Shown in pieces: positions 10,921-21,101 of a stretch of 64,000 nucleotides of DNA; position 1 is the first letter of the stretch; the number at the start of each line of letters is the position of its first letter. Position numbers and translations under genes: made by a program. The notes beneath the pieces are model-generated. The model saw nothing but the letters and a program-made list of their open reading frames with translations. It did no database searches and was not told the DNA's origin. The DNA is from Ignavibacteriota bacterium. Its GTDB lineage: Bacteria > Bacteroidota > Ignavibacteria > UBA10030 > CAVZMI01. The DNA is taken from the NCBI GenBank assembly GCA_963776275.1, contig CAVZMI010000015.1, forward strand, positions 96,001 to 160,000. Direction: 5' to 3'.

Positions 10921-11760
10921 TTATTTTGCCGGTTTATAATATTTTATAGCTTCGGGTATTTCCTGTTTAATTTTATCGATCCTGGTTTGATCCGAAGGAT
11001 GAGTGCTTAGAAACTCTGGAGGCGCTTGTCCGCTTTTCATCTGGGCCATCCGCTGCCAGAATGCTACAGCAGTGTTCGGGTCATAACCTGCCATCGCCAT
11101 GAAGATTAAACCAAGATGGTCTGCTTCATTTTCATGGAGGCGACTGTACGGCAATAGGGCGCCATATTGCGCACCGAGTCCAAACACGGTCATCCACAAT
11201 TGTTTTGTTTCATCGGGTTTTTCCTTCAATGCTTCGAGTAATGCTATGCCGCCGAGCTGGGTTATAAGTTCCTGACTCATCCGTTCGTTGCCATGCTCGG
11301 CGATCGCATGAGAAATTTCATGACCCAACACAACTGCCAGACCGTTTTCATCTTTTGTCACCGGCAAAATCCCCGTATACACAACGACCTTACCACCGGG
11401 CATGCACCAGGCGTTCACCTCTTTGCTCTCAACGAGGTTGAATTCCCACTTGTATCCTTCCAGCCGCTGGCTCATATTCTGTTGTGTAAAATATTGCTCA
11501 ACGGCAGTCTGGATTTTCTTACCAACTTTGTTCACAAGTTGAATCCCCTTCTGATCTTTGCTGGGCGGATTAGACTTGAGAAAATCGCCGTATTCTTGGG
11601 CACTCATCGAAAGCATAGTTGTTCCAGGAATAAGGCTTAATTGACTGCGGCCGGTGACAGGGACAGTACTGCATGAAATGAAAACTATTTCAAGAAGAAC
11701 AATGATACTTAGAAATAAAATATGTCTACAATAATTCTTTTTCATAATATACCTCCTCAT
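10921..11760 (-). CDS. M48 family (Oma1-like) metallopeptidase lipoprotein
   Basis: Lipobox ISC, VPVTGRSQL, NAWCMPGGK, HEISH, EFLSTHPS. Confidence 0.92.
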   Translation of the reverse strand: MRRYIMKKNYCRHILFLSIIVLLEIVFISCSTVPVTGRSQLSLIPGTTMLSMSAQEYGDFLKSNPPSKDQKGIQLVNKVGKKIQTAVEQYFTQQNMSQRLEGYKWEFNLVESKEVNAWCMPGGKVVVYTGILPVTKDENGLAVVLGHEISHAIAEHGNERMSQELITQLGGIALLEALKEKPDETKQLWMTVFGLGAQYGALLPYSRLHENEADHLGLIFMAMAGYDPNTAVAFWQRMAQMKSGQAPPEFLSTHPSDQTRIDKIKQEIPEAIKYYKPAK

Positions 11761-11809
11761 GAATATCCGTTATCTGCTTAACATGGTGTATGAAAAATAA
11801 ATCTTGAAT

Positions 11810-12442
11810 TCAATCGAATGCAGGGGGGCGATTGGGATCTCTCAAATGTTCGAAAACATCGCTTATATGACGGGTATTTGTACGATTCGAAGACAATGCG
11901 GGAAGAGCATCGGGATTGAAAAAGTCAACGGTGAGTGTTTCCTCACTCGCGCACCCTTCACCGCCGATAATGTCGCAGAGGAAAATAATTTTGAAAGCGT
12001 GATAAAATTCAATTGGGATTCCCCCTCTGTTGGCGTCATATATGCCGATAATTTTTCGCGGCATAACAATGAATCCACTCTCTTCCCGGACTTCCCGAAC
12101 GACGGCTTCAGATGGCGTTTCACCGACATCAGCCCAACCACCAGGCATACACCAGCAATTATCGATGCGCTCCTGTACAAGAAGGATTTTACCATCGCGG
12201 ACAACCGCTCCACGAATGTCGATTTTCGGAGTGGCATATCCCGGTTGTAACCGGAAGTTTTCAACCAGTTCCTCGCGAGGGCAATTGGAATAATTCTCGA
12301 TGATTTCGGCCGCAATTTCGAGTAATCGCCGGTATCGCTGAACGTCATAGTCGGTCGTACTGTAACTCAGGCCGGTCTGCCCTAACGCCTGAAGTTCACG
12401 AGCCCAGGAAAGCCATAGCGGTTGAAGTGAATTGGCCATCAT
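11810..12442 (-). CDS. NUDIX hydrolase (YjhB-like) with Nudix N-terminal domain
   Basis: GYATPKIDIRG; Nudix box GGWADVGETPSEAVVREVREESG. Confidence 0.92.
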   Translation of the reverse strand: MMANSLQPLWLSWARELQALGQTGLSYSTTDYDVQRYRRLLEIAAEIIENYSNCPREELVENFRLQPGYATPKIDIRGAVVRDGKILLVQERIDNCWCMPGGWADVGETPSEAVVREVREESGFIVMPRKIIGIYDANRGGIPIEFYHAFKIIFLCDIIGGEGCASEETLTVDFFNPDALPALSSNRTNTRHISDVFEHLRDPNRPPAFD

Positions 12443-12459
12443 ATTTTTTTGTCGGCTAT

Positions 12460-13599
12460 TTATGATTCACGTTTGATGATAACGAGCGAGAGATCGTCGC
12501 TCGGATACGCGTCGCCTATGAACCGGTCAACCTCGATGAGTAACCGTTTTCCAATGTCTGCGCATCCTGCCGAACTCAGGGTGAGAATGAGACGATGAAA
12601 ACGATCATCGCCAAAAAAATCTCCGTTGCGGTTTTGTGCTTCGGTAATACCATCGGAATATACAATTATAGTCTCATGGGGACTGAGTTCAACGTGTTGT
12701 TCGATGAATTCCGCATCAGGCATGATACCAAGTGCCGGTGCGACGCTATTTAATTGTTCAATCTCTCCATGCCGGATGATAAGTGGCGGTAGATGTCCTG
12801 CGTTGAGAAGTCGGATTGCCCCGCAGTCCGACGAGATTTCCAGATATGCGAGTGAGGCAAATCTGCTTGGAATACTGTCGCGGCAAAAAATTTCATTCAG
12901 GCGCGTTCCCAGTTCGGAAAGAGAAGGAAAATAGGGTGCAAGCGCCCGAAGGGTCGACTGTAATTTCGACATCAATAATGCCGCCCCCAATCCTTTTCCT
13001 GCGATATCCCCGAGCGCGATTCCCATGCGGTTATCTGAAAGTGGAATAGAGTCGACCAAATCTCCACCCACATCGTTTGCCGGTCGCGAGAAAAGCCAGA
13101 TCGACCATCCTGAGAGTACAGGATTCTCCTTCGGCATCAGTGCAGATTGAACGACACGGCCCGCTTCGAGTTCACTTCGTGCGAGAAGTTTATCTTTGAG
13201 CTCAAGCATGAGAATCAGGAGAATAAGAATAAACCCAAATATGGAAAAATGGAATGATATGTTTGAGGAGTCAAATTGGATTGTCGAGTTTCCTAACCAC
13301 ATTACGATAATACTCAGGACAAGTAAAATTCGACGGGTGGGGCTGAGTCGAAGAATCAATACTCTGAAGAGTTGAAATCCAGTCGAGAAAAAGCGTTTGA
13401 CCCGGCCTTTTGAGGCAAGACGCTTTTGTGTTTCCTTATCAATGAAAAATTCATACAGGTCATCGAAATCACGACGGATGTTTTTACCGAGATCTTTACG
13501 ATGAAGATCATCCCAGATAGTTTTACGAATTCCCGTCTTTATCCTTCCCCCGTTTTCATGCTGTGAGGAATTGCCATTCATTGCTGTATTTTTAAACAA
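12460..13599 (-). CDS. Membrane-anchored PP2C/SpoIIE-type Ser/Thr phosphatase
   Basis: VGGD, GDIAGKG, NAGH, SDGITEA, DDLS motifs; two TM helices. Confidence 0.9.
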   Translation of the reverse strand: MFKNTAMNGNSSQHENGGRIKTGIRKTIWDDLHRKDLGKNIRRDFDDLYEFFIDKETQKRLASKGRVKRFFSTGFQLFRVLILRLSPTRRILLVLSIIVMWLGNSTIQFDSSNISFHFSIFGFILILLILMLELKDKLLARSELEAGRVVQSALMPKENPVLSGWSIWLFSRPANDVGGDLVDSIPLSDNRMGIALGDIAGKGLGAALLMSKLQSTLRALAPYFPSLSELGTRLNEIFCRDSIPSRFASLAYLEISSDCGAIRLLNAGHLPPLIIRHGEIEQLNSVAPALGIMPDAEFIEQHVELSPHETIIVYSDGITEAQNRNGDFFGDDRFHRLILTLSSAGCADIGKRLLIEVDRFIGDAYPSDDLSLVIIKRES

Positions 13600-13630
13600 T
13601 GTAGAAAGTCTGTCATTCTTTCCTTATTGA

Positions 13631-13655
13631 TACGCTGAGCCTGTAATATTGTTCC
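13631..13655 (-). promoter_or_regulatory. Candidate ECF sigma promoter
   Basis: GGAAC-N16-CGTA upstream of the PP2C gene. Confidence 0.45.
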
Positions 13656-13703
13656 ACTGCATATGCTATGCTCCTTGTGGACGCCGTGTACGGAGCAAGC
13701 GGC

Positions 13704-14138
13704 TTAAATTAATTCTTCGACAATCGCTGCGGCATCTTTTACATACTGCAGGCACCGGGTTCTGAAAAGATCCTGTTCTTTTATTACCCTTTGGCCCTCC
13801 TCGGTATTCATGTCGGCTCCTAATAACTCGCCACAGTTTATCGTTTTATGGAGCGCAAGAAACTTATTCGTAAAGGTATTAACAAGTTTATAGGTGTGTT
13901 CTTTTGCTTCTTCATCCTCCCGGGTGTACCTACCATATTTCAGACCCAGGACAAGAAATGCACCGACAACTGCCCCGCAGGTTCCCTGCATCCGCCCCAT
14001 TCCCGCACCAAATGGGCAGGCGATTTTCAGAGCCTGCTGTTCGTTGAGTCCGAGTGAAGGCGAAAAGGTCGAAAATACGGCCTGGGCGCAGTTGAATCCT
14101 TTACTGAACAATTCAACAGCGTTTTCTGGATTTTTCAT
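13704..14138 (-). CDS. C-GCAxxG-C-C family putative redox protein
   Basis: GFNCAQAV, GTCGAVVG, INCGELLG, RC pattern; start taken at ATG 14138. Confidence 0.9.
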   Translation of the reverse strand: MKNPENAVELFSKGFNCAQAVFSTFSPSLGLNEQQALKIACPFGAGMGRMQGTCGAVVGAFLVLGLKYGRYTREDEEAKEHTYKLVNTFTNKFLALHKTINCGELLGADMNTEEGQRVIKEQDLFRTRCLQYVKDAAAIVEELI

Positions 14139-14294
14139 AGTCGATAAAATAAATAAGTGACTTGTTAATGTTTTTTTATCACACAAGAAAAATTAAAGCA
14201 ATCTCCGATGTTGGCGACAATTTATTTTCTCGGTTTACATCTTCTTGCACATTGCAATAAATTCTATTTTGATATAAAACGCAATAGCAAGACG

Positions 14295-14597
14295 TTACAC
14301 CTCATAATCGACGACTGCCCGGGATTCTCTTATTGAGCCGGCAAAATCCGATACTCTAACATGATCGGGATGTTTTTGATATGTTTCAAGATCGTCTTTG
14401 TTCCGAAATTCAGAGTATAGCACGATATCATATGCCATAGTACTTGGACTAAAATTGCAGCCAACTTCCAGTGCCTGAATAACAGAAATTTTTTCCTTGA
14501 GTTCTTCAAGCATCGACTTCATTTTCTTAAGATTTTCTTCTTTCGACAGTTCATCGACATTCTTTTTAATTTTCCACATTACGATGTGTTTAATCAT
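14295..14597 (-). CDS. Dabb (stress-responsive alpha/beta barrel) family protein
   Basis: MIKHIVMWK...YQKHPDH...AVVDY. Confidence 0.9.
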   Translation of the reverse strand: MIKHIVMWKIKKNVDELSKEENLKKMKSMLEELKEKISVIQALEVGCNFSPSTMAYDIVLYSEFRNKDDLETYQKHPDHVRVSDFAGSIRESRAVVDYEV

Positions 14598-14615
14598 ATA
14601 TACCTATTCTCCGCA

Positions 14616-15113
14616 TCATGTATAAGACTCGTTTATTTTATAATCAGGAGATAATACGTTACCCTGATGCACCGGGTTTAAAACAACAATAACATCTATT
14701 AGGATTTTAAATGTTGAGCCCTGAGTAACGAAATAGTTAAAGGTGCCCTGAATGATCGAGATCATCAAAATCGATATAAGAAGGATCTTCGAGACCGTGG
14801 TATTAAATTCAGGATGACCTGTTATAAGAAAATAGCTATGAATGCAAAAAGCTGCAATACCAGAGAGAGCTATTGCCAGCGAATAGATATAGCCTGTGAG
14901 CGTTTCTTCCATGAGTTTTTTATAACCGTACACTGCTGCAAGAATGACGACAAAATTTAGTATGAGAAATACATTAATTCCTCCTCCGAGGCCGAAAAGA
15001 TCCCATTCCTTCCAGTATGCCGAATCGATTTCGTGCGTAAAAAGGACTGTCATATTCAGTAAATACAAAAGACAGTTCAACGACTTCATAGTCATGGAGT
15101 GCTTCATGAACAT
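14616..15113 (-). CDS. Hypothetical membrane protein
   Basis: THEIDSAYWKEW motif and four TM segments; C-terminal tail may be a frameshift artefact. Confidence 0.7.
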   Translation of the reverse strand: MFMKHSMTMKSLNCLLYLLNMTVLFTHEIDSAYWKEWDLFGLGGGINVFLILNFVVILAAVYGYKKLMEETLTGYIYSLAIALSGIAAFCIHSYFLITGHPEFNTTVSKILLISILMISIIQGTFNYFVTQGSTFKILIDVIVVLNPVHQGNVLSPDYKINESYT

Positions 15114-15730
15114 TATTTTCCTGGGATATTGAATACGGGGAAGTGACGAACTAATATTCTTTCAACATCATCAAGCCATTCGATACGTTGATCGGGTGTG
15201 CTTGTGACTATGACACCATATGTTGTCCTATGAAAATTCCTTACGCCGCATAAGTTAAAAATACAATTTTTCCAGATGGTTTCCAAAGGATCGCCAAAAA
15301 CTTCCCGCTCTCTTTCCGGCCGGGTATTCGATGTGTTGAAGACGACGGCTGTTTCGGCTTTAAGAAGACCGAGCGGTGTGCCCTCGCCGCTATCGCCATT
15401 GATAAACTGATATGTAACAGCAGGACGAAAGACACGATCGATCCACCCTTTCAATATTGCAGGCGGTTGCCCCCACCAATTCGGATGAACAATAACAATT
15501 CCATGCGAATGTACAATTTCATCGCAGTGCAATTTAATGGTTTCCGGGATGACGGCAGTCGTCTGAAATTCTTCGAATGGAAGAATAGGATCGAAATGCT
15601 CTGCATAGAGATCGTGATAAAACACAGAATAGCCAAGATGCCTTAATACTTCAGCACTCCGGCGGGCAATTGCATGATTGAAACTCTGTGTGTTGGGGTG
15701 TGCAACGATAACGGAAATATTTTTATTCAC
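15113..15730 (-). CDS. NAD(P)H dehydrogenase (quinone), flavodoxin-like fold
   Basis: AHPNTQSFNHAI, DLYAEHFDP, PNWWGQPPAILKGWIDRV. Confidence 0.9.
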   Translation of the reverse strand: MNKNISVIVAHPNTQSFNHAIARRSAEVLRHLGYSVFYHDLYAEHFDPILPFEEFQTTAVIPETIKLHCDEIVHSHGIVIVHPNWWGQPPAILKGWIDRVFRPAVTYQFINGDSGEGTPLGLLKAETAVVFNTSNTRPEREREVFGDPLETIWKNCIFNLCGVRNFHRTTYGVIVTSTPDQRIEWLDDVERILVRHFPVFNIPGK

Positions 15731-15764
15731 GGGGATTGGTATCCTTTTTTACATCCGAAATTTT

Positions 15765-16328
15765 TTATGAAGGAGATTTTCGATTGTTGTCGTCGGGGAT
15801 CAGAACACTGCATCCAACACGTGTTGGATGATCCCGAACAAGTGTTTTAGATTCTAACCTGCGGATTATACAGAGAATAAGTAAGTCTCCACCCGCACCC
15901 ATGGTAAAAATCAAGCCAAAAAATAATAACCAGCCGGATCCCGTAATCACCGATACGATTGATGGAATAAATCCCTCCAGCAGATACGGCATCACGCACC
16001 CAATTCTGTACGAGCGGGCATCCATAGACTCGGTACAATGTGCGAATGGTGAAAGAGATTTCCAGTGCATGCCAAAATGAATCGTTTGAAGAGGTTTACC
16101 GGCAAAAAAAGACCACGATAATCCGTGAACGAGTTCGTGGAATGCACTCCCGAGTACGACAAATAGCAAAAGTAGAAAAAGGAATGCCGTGTTTTTCATG
16201 AAGGCGATAATTTCAGTATAACCCCAGAAATGATGATAGAGGGCTAAAAAAAACATCGCAAGCGGCAGAGGAATAAGGATACCGAGTATTGTCGCTTTTG
16301 TGAAAGAGATAGAAATGTCTTTTTCCAT
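15765..16328 (-). CDS. DUF3267-like putative membrane zincin peptidase
   Basis: HELVHG motif after TM helices; GAGGDL; DHPTRVGC. Confidence 0.8.
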   Translation of the reverse strand: MEKDISISFTKATILGILIPLPLAMFFLALYHHFWGYTEIIAFMKNTAFLFLLLLFVVLGSAFHELVHGLSWSFFAGKPLQTIHFGMHWKSLSPFAHCTESMDARSYRIGCVMPYLLEGFIPSIVSVITGSGWLLFFGLIFTMGAGGDLLILCIIRRLESKTLVRDHPTRVGCSVLIPDDNNRKSPS

Positions 16329-16424
16329 TTTATCAAAGCGTTAATTTTTAAGGTGAATACGCTGCAACCGTTTCCGGTACAACTGCCGGAATTGTGACAG
16401 AAATGTTCTCCCAAGGCCAAGGTT

Positions 16425-16853
16425 CTACCGCTTTATTTCCATTCCGGGAGCATCATCCGGTCGTCTCACAAAACCCAGTTTTTCATAAAACGTCGTTTTC
16501 TCTTTTGCACAGAATAGTTGAATATCCCGGATATTCTTCGAGCGGCAATGTTCAATAAGTCGGTTCATGATAGCGCTACCAATTCCCTTGTATTGATATT
16601 CAGGAAGAACGATGACATCGATGATAAGAGCATGGAAAACGCCGTCGGAAAGAATTCGTCCGAACCCGACAAGGGAATCTTTATGATAGGCTGAAATCAT
16701 GTACCAGCTCCGTCCGAGAGCTTCGTGCAGCTGATTCTCATCCAGGCGATATTCTTTATTCCATCCTGCGGATTCGAAGAGTCTATAGAAAGCTTCCCGT
16801 GAGGGAAGAGTAACTTGATATTCATAGGAATCCATCGGCATGCTTCCTTTCAC
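16425..16853 (-). CDS. GNAT family N-acetyltransferase
   Basis: LVGFGR, DVIVLPEYQYKGIGS acetyl-CoA motif, FYEKLGF. Confidence 0.92.
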   Translation of the reverse strand: MKGSMPMDSYEYQVTLPSREAFYRLFESAGWNKEYRLDENQLHEALGRSWYMISAYHKDSLVGFGRILSDGVFHALIIDVIVLPEYQYKGIGSAIMNRLIEHCRSKNIRDIQLFCAKEKTTFYEKLGFVRRPDDAPGMEIKR

Positions 16854-17076
16854 TACTCTATACTAATTTAACAGATAACTTTTCTTAAGCAATATTACAG
16901 GATTTTTTGGATGTCAGCCAATATAGGCAGGTACTTGTGCGAAGTGTTAATAGGAGAATTTTTTAGATATGCGATGAAAATGAGGAATGGTTGTTCAAGA
17001 GAGGCAAGTTCTCTCATATCCGAAGACAGAATAGCATATAAAAAAAATCCATTCGAATTTCTCCTTTCTCACCGTA

Positions 17077-17319
17077 TTACTGAAGGTTCGGTACTTCAGG
17101 ATGAGCGAGTGAATGTTTTTTCAATTCATCTTCAATGGCCAATGCGACTAGTCGAAGAAGTGATGTCGAACCGGTATCTTGAGAAACAGTATCAAGCCGT
17201 TCATCTTCTCGATAGTAATCGTCAACCGACCTGACCACCTCCCGTATCAAACGCGCGGCCTCATGAAGTTTTATCTTTTCGGTCTCGGTAAGCGAAAATT
17301 CAATTTTTGGACGTACCAT
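17077..17319 (-). CDS. Small hypothetical helical protein
   Basis: GGAGGA RBS; 80-aa amphipathic ORF with no recognised family. Confidence 0.55.
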   Translation of the reverse strand: MVRPKIEFSLTETEKIKLHEAARLIREVVRSVDDYYREDERLDTVSQDTGSTSLLRLVALAIEDELKKHSLAHPEVPNLQ

Positions 17320-17530
17320 AAATTCAATCCTCCGATAAATTCCTTTATTGATAAGTACCCCCCATTACTTATACCGCAGCCACTACGGATTTTGTGACAG
17401 ATATTTCGTTTTGGCCTTATTTTTCAGGGTAAAAACGATGGAGAATCCAAGAATATATGAGTTCTGGATAAGTCTAGGGAGTACTTTTAATTTCAGATGC
17501 TAGCATGCTGTTCTCGAGTGAGATGCACGG

Positions 17531-18226
17531 TTAATCTTTGGGGGCTTTCTCAAATATTGAGATGATTTTCTTTAAAACTTCGGTATAGTCGAATGTAACT
17601 CCAACACCGACTCCCGGCGTAGTGATATGGTACGGTCCATAGGTCTGGTTTCGTTGCAGCATCATTAATTGATTGAGTGTGGTCGGATCGATTTTTCCAT
17701 AGCGGGACATTTGTGCGTTGAAATTTTCTTTTGCCCACGCGAGCAAAGAGTCTTTCCGTGTTTTCGGTCGGGTTTTTTTCATTTCTTCACGCAACGCAAA
17801 CTGTTTGAAACCGGGATAAAGAATAATAAGAGAATCAATTGCACCTTGTGAAACCTTTCCGTTGCCTGACGCGACAGTTGAGGTTGTATCGTTGGAACCG
17901 ACACCGGCGATGACCGGAGATTCAGATGTGTCGCTGACTTTATCGGGGACAGGAACCGGAAATCCACCGACTGGTCTTCTTGGTTGGTAAACTCCCCCAT
18001 TGTGAACTTTTATGGGTGATGTGGTTGTCGATAGTGAACTGAAAAGTATGGATGGTGCGTGTGGATTCGAAGAGATGACAACTGTAATTTCCGGTTGATG
18101 AACTTCAAGATAGCTTCCGGGATTCAGTATAATTACTATAACAATTAAGAGTGCGAATACAATCAATGCTGTAACAAGGGCGTACTTTTCCTCCTGCGTA
18201 ACCTTATATGATCGTATGCTCTTCAT
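17531..18226 (-). CDS. Single-pass membrane protein with Pro/Ser-rich linker (reminiscent of a TonB N-terminus)
   Basis: N-terminal TM, GFPVPVPD low-complexity stretch. Confidence 0.6.
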   Translation of the reverse strand: MKSIRSYKVTQEEKYALVTALIVFALLIVIVIILNPGSYLEVHQPEITVVISSNPHAPSILFSSLSTTTSPIKVHNGGVYQPRRPVGGFPVPVPDKVSDTSESPVIAGVGSNDTTSTVASGNGKVSQGAIDSLIILYPGFKQFALREEMKKTRPKTRKDSLLAWAKENFNAQMSRYGKIDPTTLNQLMMLQRNQTYGPYHITTPGVGVGVTFDYTEVLKKIISIFEKAPKD

Positions 18227-18251
18227 ACTTCCATTGTATTGGTATTCCTAC

Positions 18252-18279
18252 TTAGACAGTCGGATCGAAAAAAAGTTAC
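18252..18279 (-). promoter_or_regulatory. Candidate ECF sigma promoter
   Basis: GTAAC-N17-GTCTAA upstream of ATG 18226. Confidence 0.35.
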
Positions 18280-18460
18280 GCCAGGGGAGGCGAATTTTTT
18301 TAAAAAATCCCCCTCGATAATCTTTTAAGGAGAACAATCTCCGGGTGGAAGGTACCCCTGTATTGTCATTCCAACGGAGGGTGATCACTTCTCAGCAGGT
18401 AACAATAGAAGCCCCCGACGAGTGATTGTTATTCACCATACCGTAAATCTACGAAGGATA

Positions 18461-19378
18461 TCAATCTATTTTTTCCAGATCGTACGGCGTACGCTGATAG
18501 ATGTAGTAGTTCAGCCAATTTGAGAAAAGCAAATTGGCATGACTTCGCCACCGAACAATTGGCATTTTTGTAGGATCATTATTGGGAAAATAATTTTCAG
18601 GCACTTCAATTTTCAATCCTTTTTTAACATCTCTATCATATTCCTCCTTCAGGGTAAGGGGATCATATTCGGAATGTCCTGTAACGAAGACCTGCCGTCC
18701 ATCGGTCTTTGCGAGAATATAAAGACCGGCTTGTTCCGATTCCGAGATAATTTCTAAATCGGGAACGGTAGCAACATCCGATTTTCTGATTTCGGTATAT
18801 CGTGAATGAGGAGCAAGAAAAACATCGTCGAATCCGCGGACAATCGACGCTGTTTTATTATTGACAGTATGGGGGAAAACGCCAAACATTTTTTTTGGCA
18901 GCGGATATTTGGGAATACCATAATGATAATACAATCCTGCCTGTACACCCCAACAGATATATAGAGTGGATGTCACATGATGTATTGTCCATTCCATAAT
19001 ATCTTTCAACTCTTCCCAGTAATCCACCTCCTCGAATTCCATCTGTTCGACAGGCGCTCCGGTGATGATCATGCCGTCATATTTACTTTGATTCACCTGG
19101 TCAAAAGTTTTATAGAATTTCTCAAGGTGATCTATCGGTGTATTGCTTCCGGTATAAGATTTTGTCCGGAGAAGGCCGATTTCGACCTGAAGCGGAGAAT
19201 TCGACAGATTACGCAGTATATGTTTCTCGGTTGTGATTTTTAGCGGCATCAGGTTGAGTATAAGTATCCGTAATGCGCGGATATCCTGATGAAGGGCATG
19301 TGATTCGCTCATCACGAACACATTTTCATTCCGCAATGTTTCTATTGCCGGCAATTCATCGGGAAGGATGAGTGGCAT
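18461..19378 (-). CDS. metA: Homoserine O-acyltransferase MetA (acetyl-CoA type predicted)
   Basis: LNLMP, TGAPVE, ICWG catalytic Cys, PHSR, GHSEY. Confidence 0.95.
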   Translation of the reverse strand: MPLILPDELPAIETLRNENVFVMSESHALHQDIRALRILILNLMPLKITTEKHILRNLSNSPLQVEIGLLRTKSYTGSNTPIDHLEKFYKTFDQVNQSKYDGMIITGAPVEQMEFEEVDYWEELKDIMEWTIHHVTSTLYICWGVQAGLYYHYGIPKYPLPKKMFGVFPHTVNNKTASIVRGFDDVFLAPHSRYTEIRKSDVATVPDLEIISESEQAGLYILAKTDGRQVFVTGHSEYDPLTLKEEYDRDVKKGLKIEVPENYFPNNDPTKMPIVRWRSHANLLFSNWLNYYIYQRTPYDLEKID

Positions 19379-19453
19379 AACGACTCCTTACTTTATTGAT
19401 ATTCATCAATTGTTTTTAATAAGATACGACATTTAAGGCCACTTTTTCAAGCG

Positions 19454-20689
19454 CTATTCATTGATCCGTTTGATGGTTACGATGGTTTTATCGTCGGCAA
19501 AGGGGGCCTGCGCCGAATAGACCTGAATATCCTCGAGAATTCTCTGGGTAATTTCTTTTGCAGAAAGATGTTTATACGCAAGTAATTTTTCGCTCAGGCG
19601 CTCTTCACCAAACATCTCTTTATTAGCATTCATTGCTTCCGTGATGCCGTCGGTATATAGGAGCATAATATCGTTCACATGAAGGTTGATATTCTCGGTC
19701 GAAAAACTCTGGTCGGGTGCAAGACCAAGAACCGGGCCGGTGTTTTCAAGCTGCGTGATCGTATCGGTCCGGGCTGAATAATGCAACGGACTATTATGGC
19801 CTGCGTTGCAGAAGAGGCAGAGACCTTTCTTGTTATCGAATAATTCGGCATAAAAAAGGGTCACAAACCGCTCATCAGGGAATGTGCGATGAATGAGGTT
19901 GTTGATTTTTTTGATTATGGTGTTAATCTTTGTTTCGAAACTTGCACCCATTTTCAATGCACCGGAAATATACAATGCCTGGATTGCCGCTGAGAGTCCT
20001 TTACTAGCGGCATCACCGACCACAACCCCGAGGCGATCGTTCGACGCGCCAATATCCAGATAATCGAAGAAGTCTCCACCGACGATACGTTCCGGAAGTG
20101 AGACGCCGAAAAGCTGATAAGGCCCGAAATCATGTTCATGTGCGGGCAGAATGCTGCGCTGGATTTCCCGGGCCTGATCGATGTCGCGCTCGAGCCACCG
20201 TTTCTGCTCGGCGATATTTCTGTTGCGCATTGCCGATGTCACGGCGCTGCTGATGATATTCATCGTATCTATCAGCTCCTGATTCAGTGAGGGGGAATTC
20301 AATGCAAGAATATATTGATAGAGGCGCTGTTCGCCTATTTTAATGCGCTCGCCGACTCCGGTTGCAGAATAACGCTGGATGCCCTTCCTGCGTAAATAGG
20401 CATTTGTTTCGTTTGCGAGGATGGATCGGTGTTTCCCGACCTCATAAAAAATCGGATTTTCGGATACACGAAGAGAATATCGATCCTCGATCTGCGCCAT
20501 ATCGCCGAGCTGTTTCAACAGAATATATGATTTTTTCGATGGACTCAGACTCCATAGCCGTCCGCCGGTAATATTTACTGTCTCATGTGTGATAATTTCC
20601 CTCAGAACATGCAAAAGGAGTTCTTCGTTCGTCTGGAAATTCTCGGGTGTAAGTCGTTCAATTGTACGGAAGAGTTTTCGTTGATTCAT
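19454..20689 (-). CDS. PP2C/SpoIIE phosphatase with GAF-like N-terminal domain
   Basis: VGGDFFD, GDAASKG, NAGH, TDGITEA, DDKT. Confidence 0.9.
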   Translation of the reverse strand: MNQRKLFRTIERLTPENFQTNEELLLHVLREIITHETVNITGGRLWSLSPSKKSYILLKQLGDMAQIEDRYSLRVSENPIFYEVGKHRSILANETNAYLRRKGIQRYSATGVGERIKIGEQRLYQYILALNSPSLNQELIDTMNIISSAVTSAMRNRNIAEQKRWLERDIDQAREIQRSILPAHEHDFGPYQLFGVSLPERIVGGDFFDYLDIGASNDRLGVVVGDAASKGLSAAIQALYISGALKMGASFETKINTIIKKINNLIHRTFPDERFVTLFYAELFDNKKGLCLFCNAGHNSPLHYSARTDTITQLENTGPVLGLAPDQSFSTENINLHVNDIMLLYTDGITEAMNANKEMFGEERLSEKLLAYKHLSAKEITQRILEDIQVYSAQAPFADDKTIVTIKRINE

Positions 20690-20866
20690 GAAGGAATAAT
20701 GATATGTGAAGAACAGACAATTCTTTTATAAGATATTAAAAAGTCTCATCGAATTCAAATCGTTTTTTGATTTGATCTGTTGAAATCCCATTTATAATTA
20801 TAACATAAGTAAATGCAGTTTCGTTGACGGTTTTATTATTAATAAATAGGGAGGAACTTAAAAGAA

Positions 20867-21085
20867 TTATTTTGATTCTTTTACAAGGCAGTGATCATTC
20901 TTGCGGTTAAATTTTTTTAGGAATTTACAATACACAGCCTGCTCGCGTCGGCATGCCCCCACTGCAGAAGCAGGAGAAAACGTTGCATAACGGCATAAAA
21001 AATCGCAGAACAATGGAAACGACGGACGTGATGGTGCCGATTGTAGGTTGGATTTTTTCTTCGTTTTGGTTCTGCTCTTTGCCAT
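20867..21085 (-). CDS. Small basic Cys-rich protein (possible metal-binding)
   Basis: Starts 16 nt after the permease stop; CDFLC...GACRREQAVYC...HC, five Cys. Confidence 0.55.
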   Translation of the reverse strand: MAKSRTKTKKKSNLQSAPSRPSFPLFCDFLCRYATFSPASAVGACRREQAVYCKFLKKFNRKNDHCLVKESK

Positions 21086-21101
21086 ACATATGGTTTAAGT
21101 A

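Noticed and set aside
18290-18460. Structured intergenic region near metA as a riboswitch
   Set aside because: It lies downstream of metA and has no recognisable aptamer consensus.
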